A DNA stretch of 64,000 bases from Paludibacteraceae bacterium (lineage in GTDB: Bacteria; Bacteroidota; Bacteroidia; Bacteroidales; Paludibacteraceae), in the NCBI GenBank assembly GCA_045532735.1, contig JAZSGL010000091.1, forward strand, positions 29,275 to 93,274. Reading direction: 5' to 3'. The notes beneath the pieces were generated by a model. The model worked only from the letters and a program-made list of their open reading frames with translations. It was not told where the DNA came from and did not search any database. A program made the position numbers and the translations under genes. Position 1 is the stretch's first letter. Each line of letters begins with the position of its first letter. Of the stretch, positions 51,542 through 60,067 are shown piece by piece.

Positions 51542-53467
51542 TTAATTGATTATATTGCCTAGTAAGTTGTATGTTTTGTCACCTCGCTTGATGTACACAT
51601 TACCATTCTCTACCCATTTAACAGAGTTCTCAGTTCCTACAATGATATCCTCTACTGCATTCTCTAAGGAAATAGTAACTCGTTGTGTTACGCTCCATGT
51701 ATCTCCAGCATTAGGGATTCGTGTTTTTACTCGCCAGTAGTAATCACCTAGAGGTAGATATTGTAGGTTGATTCGCAGTTTGGTTTCAAATGAAGTGTCA
51801 GTAACCTCTTGTGCGAAGATGATCTGTTGCATGTCGGGATCTTTAGCAAATTGAATGATATAACTATCAGCTCCCTCTACCGCCTTCCAACGGAAAGTAA
51901 ATGGAAGTTTTCGGATTATTCCGTCATCTGGATAAAGTCCAGTAGTTGCTATTGGTTGACGGAGTGGCTCGTTTAGTATACGCAGTGCATATTCATTGTT
52001 ATATTTGTCTAAGACACTGACAGCTATCTGGTGTGTAGAAGCAGAAACTTCAGTTGGTAATTCAAAGGTAGATGTGTAGGAAACTCCCACCAACATATCT
52101 CCGCGTGAATACACATTAGGCAAGTGGATAGAGTCATTAGGTACTGCGTAAATAGCAAAATGTAGGTCATTGTCTGAATGAGTCCACGATAATGTTTGAT
52201 TATTGATGGTAAGATTTTCTACCATTGTGCGTTCCTTAGCAGGTTTCCAGTTGATAGCAGGTGGTAAGGAGATGTGATGAAACTCAGCGGTTTCCTTGGT
52301 AAGGTTGACGCGCAATTTGCTACTATTGGTCCATGCTCTTGTGTTGTAGAATATAGCACCAGGTGCACCATCTTTCACTGTGCGATTGTACACTAGCTGA
52401 TTACGAATCTCGGTAGCGCTAAAAGTACCGTCTTCGTATTTATATAACGCCATACTAGAGTAGAAATGCTTGCCAAAACGATTGCAAATATCGCCCCACC
52501 ATTTGCTAAGTTTTTTGTAGTCTTGTCCGCCCCCAATCTTCCAATAGAGTTGTGGAGAGAGGTAATCTACGGTACCTTCCTCTAGCCAAGCAACAGGGTC
52601 ACAGTAGATTTCGGCGTACATGTTTCCTCCGGTGATGTTGTAAGGAAGAGTAATGCCTCTCTTGGATGCAACACTACTATCTGTGGTCCAAATACCAAAA
52701 GGAGAAACACCAAAAGTGACCCATGGTTTGACAGATTGAATGGTGTCATATACTGCTTTGATCATCTTATTGACATTTTGGCGTCGCCAATCGCCCACAT
52801 TCATATCAGCTGGTTTGTATTTAGCTACACTAGCAGCATCTTGATTGGTGGTACCCCCATATGGATAAAAATAATCGTCCATAAGAATACCATCCACATC
52901 GTAATTATTGATGATGTCGCCTACAACCTCTTTGATTCTTTGTAGCACTTCTGGTTGTGCAGGGTCAAGGTAGATGTCATTTTTGTAGTAGAGCAACCAC
53001 TCAGGATGCGTATGTTTGTAATTGAGTTTAGTGGTATCATCGGTGCCAGTCCAATCATATCCGCCACGCTTGCCATAGCGGTAAGGATTGATCCAACCAT
53101 GACAGGTTAAACCTCGTTTGTGACACTCTTCAATACAAAATTGGAGTGGATCCCATCCTGGGTCTACTCCACGCCCATTGTTCAAATAGCTTGACCATGG
53201 TTCATAACTTGATTTGTATAAAGCATCACATGCAGGACGGATATGTAGTAGTACTGTGTTCATTCGGAAGTCTACGCACTTATCCAATAGTCCGATTAGT
53301 TCTTTTTGTTGCGCTTCCTTGCCCTTAGTTGTGGATACTGGCCAATCTATGTTAGCCACTGCGGTTAACCATGTAGCACGCATTTCACGCTTTGGATAAA
53401 CGGCGGATTCTCCAAAGCCCCACATAGCAGTGAGCATAAAAACTAAAAATAGAGTTACTTTTCTCAT
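51542..53467 (-). CDS. Glycosyl-hydrolase-like family 10 (GHL10/DUF187) protein with C-terminal Ig-like region and sorting-like tail
   Basis: REMRATWLTAVANIDWP and HGWINPYRY are typical of GHL10. The tail is VEDIIVGTENSVKWVENGNVYIKRGDKTYNLLGNIIN. Confidence 0.75.
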   Translation of the reverse strand: MRKVTLFLVFMLTAMWGFGESAVYPKREMRATWLTAVANIDWPVSTTKGKEAQQKELIGLLDKCVDFRMNTVLLHIRPACDALYKSSYEPWSSYLNNGRGVDPGWDPLQFCIEECHKRGLTCHGWINPYRYGKRGGYDWTGTDDTTKLNYKHTHPEWLLYYKNDIYLDPAQPEVLQRIKEVVGDIINNYDVDGILMDDYFYPYGGTTNQDAASVAKYKPADMNVGDWRRQNVNKMIKAVYDTIQSVKPWVTFGVSPFGIWTTDSSVASKRGITLPYNITGGNMYAEIYCDPVAWLEEGTVDYLSPQLYWKIGGGQDYKKLSKWWGDICNRFGKHFYSSMALYKYEDGTFSATEIRNQLVYNRTVKDGAPGAIFYNTRAWTNSSKLRVNLTKETAEFHHISLPPAINWKPAKERTMVENLTINNQTLSWTHSDNDLHFAIYAVPNDSIHLPNVYSRGDMLVGVSYTSTFELPTEVSASTHQIAVSVLDKYNNEYALRILNEPLRQPIATTGLYPDDGIIRKLPFTFRWKAVEGADSYIIQFAKDPDMQQIIFAQEVTDTSFETKLRINLQYLPLGDYYWRVKTRIPNAGDTWSVTQRVTISLENAVEDIIVGTENSVKWVENGNVYIKRGDKTYNLLGNIIN

Positions 53468-53495
53468 GATTTATTGATTTTTGCAAAATTCGGCA

Positions 53496-53503
53496 CAAAG
53501 TTA
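53496..53503 (-). promoter_or_regulatory. -7 box (TAacTTTG on the minus strand) for the PUL2 operon
   Basis: The plus strand reads caaagtta. It lies 29 nt upstream of the ATG at 53467. Confidence 0.5.
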
Positions 53504-53638
53504 TATATTTTTTTTCAAATATGCAAACGATTTCTAGTATTATTTTTTTTTTCAATTACTTTAGTAATATTTTGTATTAAGATTGCCAAAAAAGGGTTAT
53601 TTTTAGCATATGAATTTGCATAATTCAAAAAAAATATC

Positions 53639-53646
53639 TACCTTTG
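53639..53646 (+). promoter_or_regulatory. -7 box TAccTTTG for the GH20 gene
   Basis: Exact match about 60 nt upstream of the ATG at 53707. Confidence 0.5.
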
Positions 53647-53706
53647 TCGAGAAAATTGTTCTTTCGTAGAGCAGTATATTTTATAAGAACTTTTCAATTT
53701 AATGTT

Positions 53707-55917
53707 ATGAAAACTTTCTTTCGCTTATTTACAATCGCGGCTTTAATGGCAATGGTGTCATGTACCAAACAAATTCCTATGTCTATCCATTGGGAGATGG
53801 GTAAAAATGATGTCAAGCCAGGCATTTGTGAGCTTTATTACACGATTACTAATCTCTCTGATCAACCGATCACCAATGAAGGATGGACTTTGTACTTCAA
53901 TTACATGTCACTACACCCTATTTACACAGAGGGTGATCAGATTTTGCAAACAGAATTGCAAGCGAGTTATCATAGCATTACGCCAACTGCAGATTTTTTG
54001 CCATTGATGCCAGATAGTAGCCGTACTTTTAAGCTTCTATTCAAGGGTAATGTTATTCGTCAGACATCGCGCCCAGAGGGCTTTTTCTTGGTAAAAAATA
54101 AGAACGGAAAAGAGATTGGTAAGCCCATTTCGATTCCATGTACCTATGCGCCTTTTACACGCCCGGAGCAGATGAAGCGTGGTATCGTGACATGGGAAAA
54201 GACGCCTTATGCAGAAGGAGCATATGTGTTTGATTATGTGCAACATATATTAGATGCTCCTACTAATAAAAATGTGCAACCTCTTTTGCCGCAGCCAAAG
54301 CAGATTCAGTATACAGAAGGTACTTGCGAAGTGGCTAATGCAGAGGTAATTACTCGTACAGACGCGAATATGGTTAGCGAGGGATATCACATGGTTATCG
54401 CACCTACTACTATTACTATCGAGGCAAGTGATGAGGCGGGTATTTTTTATGCTCAACAGACTATCAAGCAATGGGGCGAGGTGATACCTTGTGGTGAGGT
54501 GACTGACTATCCAGATCTTCATCATCGCGGCATTATGTTGGATGTGGTGCGCAACTATTATCCAGTGGATTCTATTTTCCGCATATTGGACATCATGGCA
54601 TACCACAAACTGAATGTACTGCACTTTCACTTGACCGATGATGAGGCATGGCGTTTGGAGATTCCAGGTTTGCCACAACTGACCGATATTGGTTCTAAGC
54701 GAGGCTATACCACAGATGAAAGCGAATGCCTACTGCCAATGTACTGCGGCGGTTGGGACCCCGATGCACCAACCACAGCCAATGGTTATATTACACGCGA
54801 GAAGTATATCGAATTGCTTAAGTACGCTGGCGAGCGTCATATCCGTGTGATTCCTGAAATCGATATGCCTGGGCATATGCGTGCTGCCAAGAAAGCCATG
54901 GGTAAGCTATTGACAGACAGTGCGTTTGATGCACGCGTATATAAGTCTGCACAAAACTATACCGACAATGTGATTGATGTGAGCAAGCCTTATGCGGTGG
55001 AGTTTATCGATCATGTGGTGACGGAGATTGTTAAGATGCACGAGGAGGCAGGTCATCCGCTGACGATCTTCAATATCGGAGGTGATGAAGTACCAAAGGG
55101 TGCGCTGACGAAAGAGGAACATCAAGCGTTTATTGATGCCGTTTTGGAGATACTGAAGCGCTACAACCTGCAACCAATGGGTTGGGAAGAGATTGATCAT
55201 TTCTGCCAGCCAGAGAGTGGTGCTATCTGCTATGCTTGGCTCAACAGTGAGAGCAAACCGATGCAATTGGCAGAGGCTGGTTATCAAGTAGTTATCGCAA
55301 CTGCTAGTCATCTGTATTTTGACTTTGCGTATTGCAACCACCACGAGGAGAAAGGACTCAGTTGGGGCGGATATACCGACGAATACCGTTCGTTTGACTG
55401 GCAGCCCGCTCAACACCCCAATATCATCGGTATGAATGCCCAACTATGGGGCGAGGTTATCCGCTCGTTTAGTCAAGTAGAATGGCAGATATATCCAAAG
55501 ATCTATGGTTTGGCAGAGCGTGCATGGAATAACCGCAGTGCACTCACCTTGGGTGATTATAATCAATTAGTATATAATGTGTTTGTTCCACAATTGGCAA
55601 TTAGCGGTCGCAATTTCCATATTCAACAGCCAGGTATCAGGTTGGTAAAGACAAAGAACGAACAATTGCAGTTAGATAAGAGTCATGTTCTCCTTGAAAT
55701 GAATAAGGTTATGACTGGTGGAGAACTCCTATATTGTCTTGATGATGGACCTTGGAGGGTATATAATACTATTGTTGCCATCCCTGCTGAAACTCAAATC
55801 GTGAAGGCAAAGGTGCGTTACTTAGGTAAAGAGAGTAACACTACTTGGCTGTGGCTCAATGCCAATCATGAGGTGGATAGTCAGGCAGTAGAGAGGAATA
55901 CGGGCGCAACTTTCTGA
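53707..55917 (+). CDS. Glycoside hydrolase family 20 beta-N-acetylhexosaminidase
   Basis: Lipobox MAMVSCTK from the ATG at 53707. HRGIMLDVVRNYY, LHFHLTDDEAWRLEIPGLP and catalytic FNIGGDEV are present. Confidence 0.9.
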   Translation: MKTFFRLFTIAALMAMVSCTKQIPMSIHWEMGKNDVKPGICELYYTITNLSDQPITNEGWTLYFNYMSLHPIYTEGDQILQTELQASYHSITPTADFLPLMPDSSRTFKLLFKGNVIRQTSRPEGFFLVKNKNGKEIGKPISIPCTYAPFTRPEQMKRGIVTWEKTPYAEGAYVFDYVQHILDAPTNKNVQPLLPQPKQIQYTEGTCEVANAEVITRTDANMVSEGYHMVIAPTTITIEASDEAGIFYAQQTIKQWGEVIPCGEVTDYPDLHHRGIMLDVVRNYYPVDSIFRILDIMAYHKLNVLHFHLTDDEAWRLEIPGLPQLTDIGSKRGYTTDESECLLPMYCGGWDPDAPTTANGYITREKYIELLKYAGERHIRVIPEIDMPGHMRAAKKAMGKLLTDSAFDARVYKSAQNYTDNVIDVSKPYAVEFIDHVVTEIVKMHEEAGHPLTIFNIGGDEVPKGALTKEEHQAFIDAVLEILKRYNLQPMGWEEIDHFCQPESGAICYAWLNSESKPMQLAEAGYQVVIATASHLYFDFAYCNHHEEKGLSWGGYTDEYRSFDWQPAQHPNIIGMNAQLWGEVIRSFSQVEWQIYPKIYGLAERAWNNRSALTLGDYNQLVYNVFVPQLAISGRNFHIQQPGIRLVKTKNEQLQLDKSHVLLEMNKVMTGGELLYCLDDGPWRVYNTIVAIPAETQIVKAKVRYLGKESNTTWLWLNANHEVDSQAVERNTGATF

Positions 55918-55961
55918 TAGAATAAAAACGCGTTTCCCTTGCAAATGTGCAAAATTTTCTG

Positions 55962-55969
55962 TACCTTTG
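55962..55969 (+). promoter_or_regulatory. -7 box TAccTTTG
   Basis: Exact match 23 nt upstream of the ATG at 55992. Confidence 0.5.
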
Positions 55970-55991
55970 CACGCTAAAACGAAAATAATAT

Positions 55992-57917
55992 ATGGCACAA
56001 GACGAAATTCTACAAACAAGCAACTACAACGACGATAATATCGTTCATCTTGATGATCGCGAGCATATTCGCCGTCGTCCTGGTATGTATATCGGTAAAC
56101 TGGGTGATGGTAAACATGATGACGACGGTATCTATGTTTTGATCAAGGAGACGATAGACAACTCCATCGATGAGTTTCGTATGAACGAAGGTAAGGTGGT
56201 GGAGGTGAGTGTGCGTCCATATACCGATGAAGAAGGATATACAGGTGAGATAGTGCGAGTACGCGACTATGGTCGTGGTATTCCTTTGGGTAAGATGGTA
56301 GAGGCTGTATCGCTGCTGAATACGGGTGGTAAGTATGACACTAAGGCCTTCAAGAAATCCGTTGGTTTGAATGGTGTGGGTACAAAGGCTGTGAATGCAT
56401 TGAGTTGGAAGTTTGTGGTGCAGAGTTTCCGCGATGGCAAAACGCGCCGTGCCGAGTTTAAGCAAGGCCATTTGGTGGCTGATACCGATGTGCAAGACTA
56501 CACAGGTAGCGAGAAGCGAGGTACAATGATCGAGTTTGTACCAGATAACAGCAAGGGATTATTTGAGAACTATCATTTTAGGGATGAATTCATAGAAACG
56601 ATGATGCGCAATTATGCGTATCTGAATACGGGCTTGACATTGGTGTATAACGGCCAAAAGTACACCTCTAAAAATGGATTATTTGATCTCCTAACTGATA
56701 ATATGACCGTCGAACCACTATATCCAATCATTCATTTACAGGGTGAGGATATAGAGATTGCGTTGACCCATACCAATCAGAGTGGAGAGGAATATTATTC
56801 GTTTGTTAATGGTCAGCATACCGTGCAAGGCGGTACGCACCAAGTGGCATATCGCGAAGCGATTGCCCGCACGATCAAAGAGTTTTTCAATAAGAACCAA
56901 GAGTATAGCGACATCCGTAATGGTGTAGTAGGTGCAATCGCTATCAACGTGTCTGAGCCAGTGTTTGAGAGTCAAACCAAAGTGAAGTTGGGCTCAAAAG
57001 ACATGTCGCCAGAAGGTGGATTGTCGGTGAATAAGTTCGTTGGTGACTTTATCAAGCAACAGCTAGATAACTACCTGCACAAGAATCAAGATGTGGTAGA
57101 GACGATGTTGCAAAAGATTCAAGAGTCGGAGAAGGAGCGTAAAGCCATAGCTGGTGTGACCAAGGCTGCGCGTGAGCGTGCGAAGAAGAACCTCTTGAAT
57201 AATCCGAAGTTGCGCGATTGTCAAGTGCACTTTAATGATGCCAAGCCAACTAAGTCATCCAAAGATGCGGATGATGATTTGCGTCAAGAGAGTAGTATCT
57301 TTATCACCGAGGGTCTTTCTGCATCAGGTAGTATCACGAAGAGTCGTGATGTACGCACACAAGCCGTATTCTCACTGCGCGGTAAACCGCTGAATACCTT
57401 TGGATTGAGCAAATCGGTAGTGTATGAGAATGAAGAGTTTAATTGTCTGCAATCGGCATTGAATATAGAGGATGGATTGGATGAATTGCGCTATAATAAG
57501 GTGATTATAGCTACCGATGCCGATGTGGATGGTATGCACATTAGATTACTGATGTTAACATTCTTCTTGCAATTCTTCCCTGATTTGGTTAAGAAAGGTC
57601 ACGTCTATATCCTTCAAACACCACTTTTCCGCGTAAAGAATAAAAAGGAGACACGTTATTGCTATTCTGAGGAGGAACGTCTAAAGGCAATAGAGGATCT
57701 CAAACCAAATCCTGAGATCACCCGATTCAAAGGTTTGGGTGAGATTAGTCCAGATGAGTTTAAGGGTTTTATTGGCAAGGAGATACGATTGGATCAAGTT
57801 ACGTTACGCAAAGAGGATGCAGTGAAGGATTTGCTGAATTTCTATATGGGTAAGAACACCACCGAGCGTCAGAACTTTATTATTAATAACCTAGTCGTAG
57901 AAGAAGATGTGGAGTAG
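55992..57917 (+). CDS. parE: Type IIA topoisomerase B subunit, most likely topoisomerase IV subunit B
   Basis: [22 protein letters not shown], a GHKL ATPase and the Toprim motifs ([26 protein letters not shown]). The N-terminal pattern matches my recollection of Bacteroidetes ParE rather than GyrB. Confidence 0.7.
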   Translation: MAQDEILQTSNYNDDNIVHLDDREHIRRRPGMYIGKLGDGKHDDDGIYVLIKETIDNSIDEFRMNEGKVVEVSVRPYTDEEGYTGEIVRVRDYGRGIPLGKMVEAVSLLNTGGKYDTKAFKKSVGLNGVGTKAVNALSWKFVVQSFRDGKTRRAEFKQGHLVADTDVQDYTGSEKRGTMIEFVPDNSKGLFENYHFRDEFIETMMRNYAYLNTGLTLVYNGQKYTSKNGLFDLLTDNMTVEPLYPIIHLQGEDIEIALTHTNQSGEEYYSFVNGQHTVQGGTHQVAYREAIARTIKEFFNKNQEYSDIRNGVVGAIAINVSEPVFESQTKVKLGSKDMSPEGGLSVNKFVGDFIKQQLDNYLHKNQDVVETMLQKIQESEKERKAIAGVTKAARERAKKNLLNNPKLRDCQVHFNDAKPTKSSKDADDDLRQESSIFITEGLSASGSITKSRDVRTQAVFSLRGKPLNTFGLSKSVVYENEEFNCLQSALNIEDGLDELRYNKVIIATDADVDGMHIRLLMLTFFLQFFPDLVKKGHVYILQTPLFRVKNKKETRYCYSEEERLKAIEDLKPNPEITRFKGLGEISPDEFKGFIGKEIRLDQVTLRKEDAVKDLLNFYMGKNTTERQNFIINNLVVEEDVE

Positions 57918-58341
57918 TATTCTACCATTGATATTATTTGTCCTTCTCGGTATTGTTATCCTTGTTATCTTTGAACTACGAGCGAGGAAAGCCGCCGATA
58001 GCGAGCAAGGCGAGCGTCCTATAGCCAATAGCGAAGCGTCCGACAGTCGTAATGAAGACGACGGCTGCTGTGGCGAGCACTTGGTTTGCGAGAGAGAAAC
58101 ACTTCTTCAAACCAATGCTGAAATCATCTACTACGATGATGAGGAGTTGGACGCACTAGCAGGTATAGATGCAACTAACTACACCCAAGAGCAATATCAA
58201 ATGATTCGTGAAGTGTTTGAAACACTTAAAGCGAGTGATGTTCCAGGTTGGGTACGCAGTATTCAACTGCGTAATATTCAATTGCCGCTAGACATACGCG
58301 AAGAGGCGTTGCTCATCGTGGTCGAACGACGAAAAGCATAA
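57907..58341 (+). CDS. Small membrane-anchored hypothetical protein
   Basis: N-terminal TM segment [18 protein letters not shown]. It overlaps the parE stop by 11 nt and the convergent CPBP gene by 64 nt. Confidence 0.45.
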   Translation: MWSSILPLILFVLLGIVILVIFELRARKAADSEQGERPIANSEASDSRNEDDGCCGEHLVCERETLLQTNAEIIYYDDEELDALAGIDATNYTQEQYQMIREVFETLKASDVPGWVRSIQLRNIQLPLDIREEALLIVVERRKA

Positions 58342-59192
58342 ATTCCAATAATTGTCATTACCATGCTGACGATGCCCAACCATAGGGTATCGCTTGTGCC
58401 TATAGCATCCACTTTCTCCATATCCCAATCAGCACGTTGCGCTACGAAATATAAGATTACTGCCATAGCATTGTTGGTGAAGTGCATCAAGATGGGTACC
58501 CATAGACTGCCCGTCCATACCAACATATAGCCAAACAATGCCCCCATCAGCATACGAGGCACAAAACCATAAAACTGCATGTGGATAGCAGAGAAGAGTA
58601 TCGCAGTACACCATATTGCTAAATGAGGTGCTTTAGCAGTGGGAGAGTCTGAAACTTTGGAACCTTGAAATAGTCTTTGCAGTACCCCTCTAAATGTCAA
58701 CTCTTCGGCCACTGCTGGCAGTAGTGCCATCAGCGAGATGTTGATAATCAGTCCATTGAAGGTAGTTGTGTTCATAAACTGCTCAGTCAAATGTTTGGCT
58801 GTTTCTTCTTGTGTTTTCATCCATACTTCCAGTGGTTCAAGGAATGCGGGAAGTGTCATTAGTTCGTTGATATATGCGAGCAGATTAATTGCTGGCAATG
58901 CCATAAGCATTAGTAATACTGCAGATCCAGAAACTTTGAAACTCTGAAATTTATCGACCTTCAGCCATTTCATGGGCTCTTGAGACCATAGGTATGCCAT
59001 ACATAGTGGTGGTAGTAAGAACATTGCTGCGGATTGGGCGAACTGTATCCACTTAAGTGCGTTGACGGATAGTGGTTGTTCAAACAAGAATATAATTCCC
59101 GCAGCGAACATACTAAATAGTAATGTACATCCTAACCATTGGAGTGTTTTTATCATCACATGTGAATGTTCATATTTTCCTTGAAGTGTCAT
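58278..59192 (-). CDS. CPBP-family intramembrane glutamic endopeptidase (CAAX protease-like)
   Basis: EELTFRG, FSAIH and HFTNN motifs in order. The start is uncertain: ATG at 59192, ATG at 59156, or the track GTG at 59243. Confidence 0.8.
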   Translation of the reverse strand: MTLQGKYEHSHVMIKTLQWLGCTLLFSMFAAGIIFLFEQPLSVNALKWIQFAQSAAMFLLPPLCMAYLWSQEPMKWLKVDKFQSFKVSGSAVLLMLMALPAINLLAYINELMTLPAFLEPLEVWMKTQEETAKHLTEQFMNTTTFNGLIINISLMALLPAVAEELTFRGVLQRLFQGSKVSDSPTAKAPHLAIWCTAILFSAIHMQFYGFVPRMLMGALFGYMLVWTGSLWVPILMHFTNNAMAVILYFVAQRADWDMEKVDAIGTSDTLWLGIVSMVMTIIGIYAFRRSTTMSNASSRMSSGN

Positions 59193-59259
59193 ATAATAAT
59201 AGATAATAAATTGTGGTAAAAAAAAGAGCAGTCGTGAACGCACGAGTTGCTCCTATTTG

Positions 59260-59333
59260 TCGGGATGACAAGATTTGAACTTGCGACCTCCGGTCCCCCA
59301 GACCGTTGCGCTACCGGGCTGCGCCACATCCCG
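59260..59333 (-). tRNA. tRNA-Pro (anticodon GGG)
   Basis: A 74-nt cloverleaf was folded by hand. The acceptor stem is CGGGATG/CATCCCG plus discriminator A. The D stem is GCGC/GCGC and the anticodon loop is CTGGGGG. The T arm is GCAAG-TTCAAAT-CTTGT. CCA is not encoded. Confidence 0.9.
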
Positions 59334-59336
59334 CAG

Positions 59337-59370
59337 AAAAAGTTCAAAGCCGTAGTAGGCCTTGAACTTT
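59337..59370 (-). terminator. Hairpin after rpsP, immediately before tRNA-Pro
   Basis: agttcaaagcc / ggccttgaact, an 11-bp stem with one G-U position on the minus-strand RNA, followed by a T run. Confidence 0.6.
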
Positions 59371-59381
59371 CCTCTTTTTAA

Positions 59382-59927
59382 TTACTCAGCAGCTTCAGTA
59401 GCCTCTGCCTCAGCGGCAGCAGCCTCTTGAGCAGCCTCTACGGCAGCAGCAGCGAGTGCATCAGCAGCCTCTTGGCGCTTCTTTGCTACCTCAGCAGCTT
59501 TAGCCTTGTTGGTCTCTACCTCTTGGGCGAGCAATGCTTTTGCAGCTGCAGCTTTCTTGTCTGCCTCTGCTTGGCTGATCTTACCATTCTTAGCACCCTT
59601 TTGTGCTTTCCAAGCGTCGAAACGCTTTTGAGCCTCCTCAGCAGAGAATGCACCCTTAGCAACGCCACCGTTCAAGTGCTTCATGAGCATAACGCCCTCG
59701 CCAGAGAGGATGTTGCGAACAGTGTCAGTAGGTTGTGCACCAACATTTACCCAGTACAAAGCGCGATCAAACTTGAGATCTACTTTAGCAGTGTTGTTGT
59801 TTGGGTTGTAAGAGCCAATGCGCTCAATGTACTTGCCATCACGTGGCGAACGGCTGTCTGCTACTACGATGTGGTAGTAAGCATAGTCTTTGTGACCGTG
59901 ACGAGCCAAACGAATTTTTGTTGCCAT
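59382..59927 (-). CDS. rpsP: 30S ribosomal protein S16 with Ala/Glu-rich C-terminal extension
   Basis: [42 protein letters not shown]. Confidence 0.95.
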   Translation of the reverse strand: MATKIRLARHGHKDYAYYHIVVADSRSPRDGKYIERIGSYNPNNNTAKVDLKFDRALYWVNVGAQPTDTVRNILSGEGVMLMKHLNGGVAKGAFSAEEAQKRFDAWKAQKGAKNGKISQAEADKKAAAAKALLAQEVETNKAKAAEVAKKRQEAADALAAAAVEAAQEAAAAEAEATEAAE

Positions 59928-60013
59928 TTGTTTTTGTTATTTGTGGACTACAACTGCTCGAGTTGCATGTCCGGGTTAATATTAATGGTATGCTTTTTAC
60001 GCGAAAAAGCGTG

Positions 60014-60021
60014 CAAAGGTA
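60014..60021 (-). promoter_or_regulatory. -7 box (TAccTTTG on the minus strand) for rpsP
   Basis: The plus strand reads caaaggta. It lies about 87 nt upstream of the ATG at 59927. Confidence 0.5.
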
Positions 60022-60067
60022 CTGCTTTTTTTTTATATCTGCAAATAATTTGCAAAAATAGTGCATT

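Noticed and set aside
53543-53552. T10 tract in the divergent GHL10/GH20 promoter region as a phase-variation switch
   Set aside because: It lies in a generally AT-rich intergenic region and outside the spacing between recognisable promoter elements. A/T runs of this length are common here, so the evidence is much weaker than for the G9 tract.
60040-60055. Palindrome tgcaaataatttgca as the terminator of the RNase gene
   Set aside because: The stem is AT-rich, the loop is effectively too small and no T run follows on the relevant strand. It may instead be a protein-binding dyad, but the evidence is insufficient.
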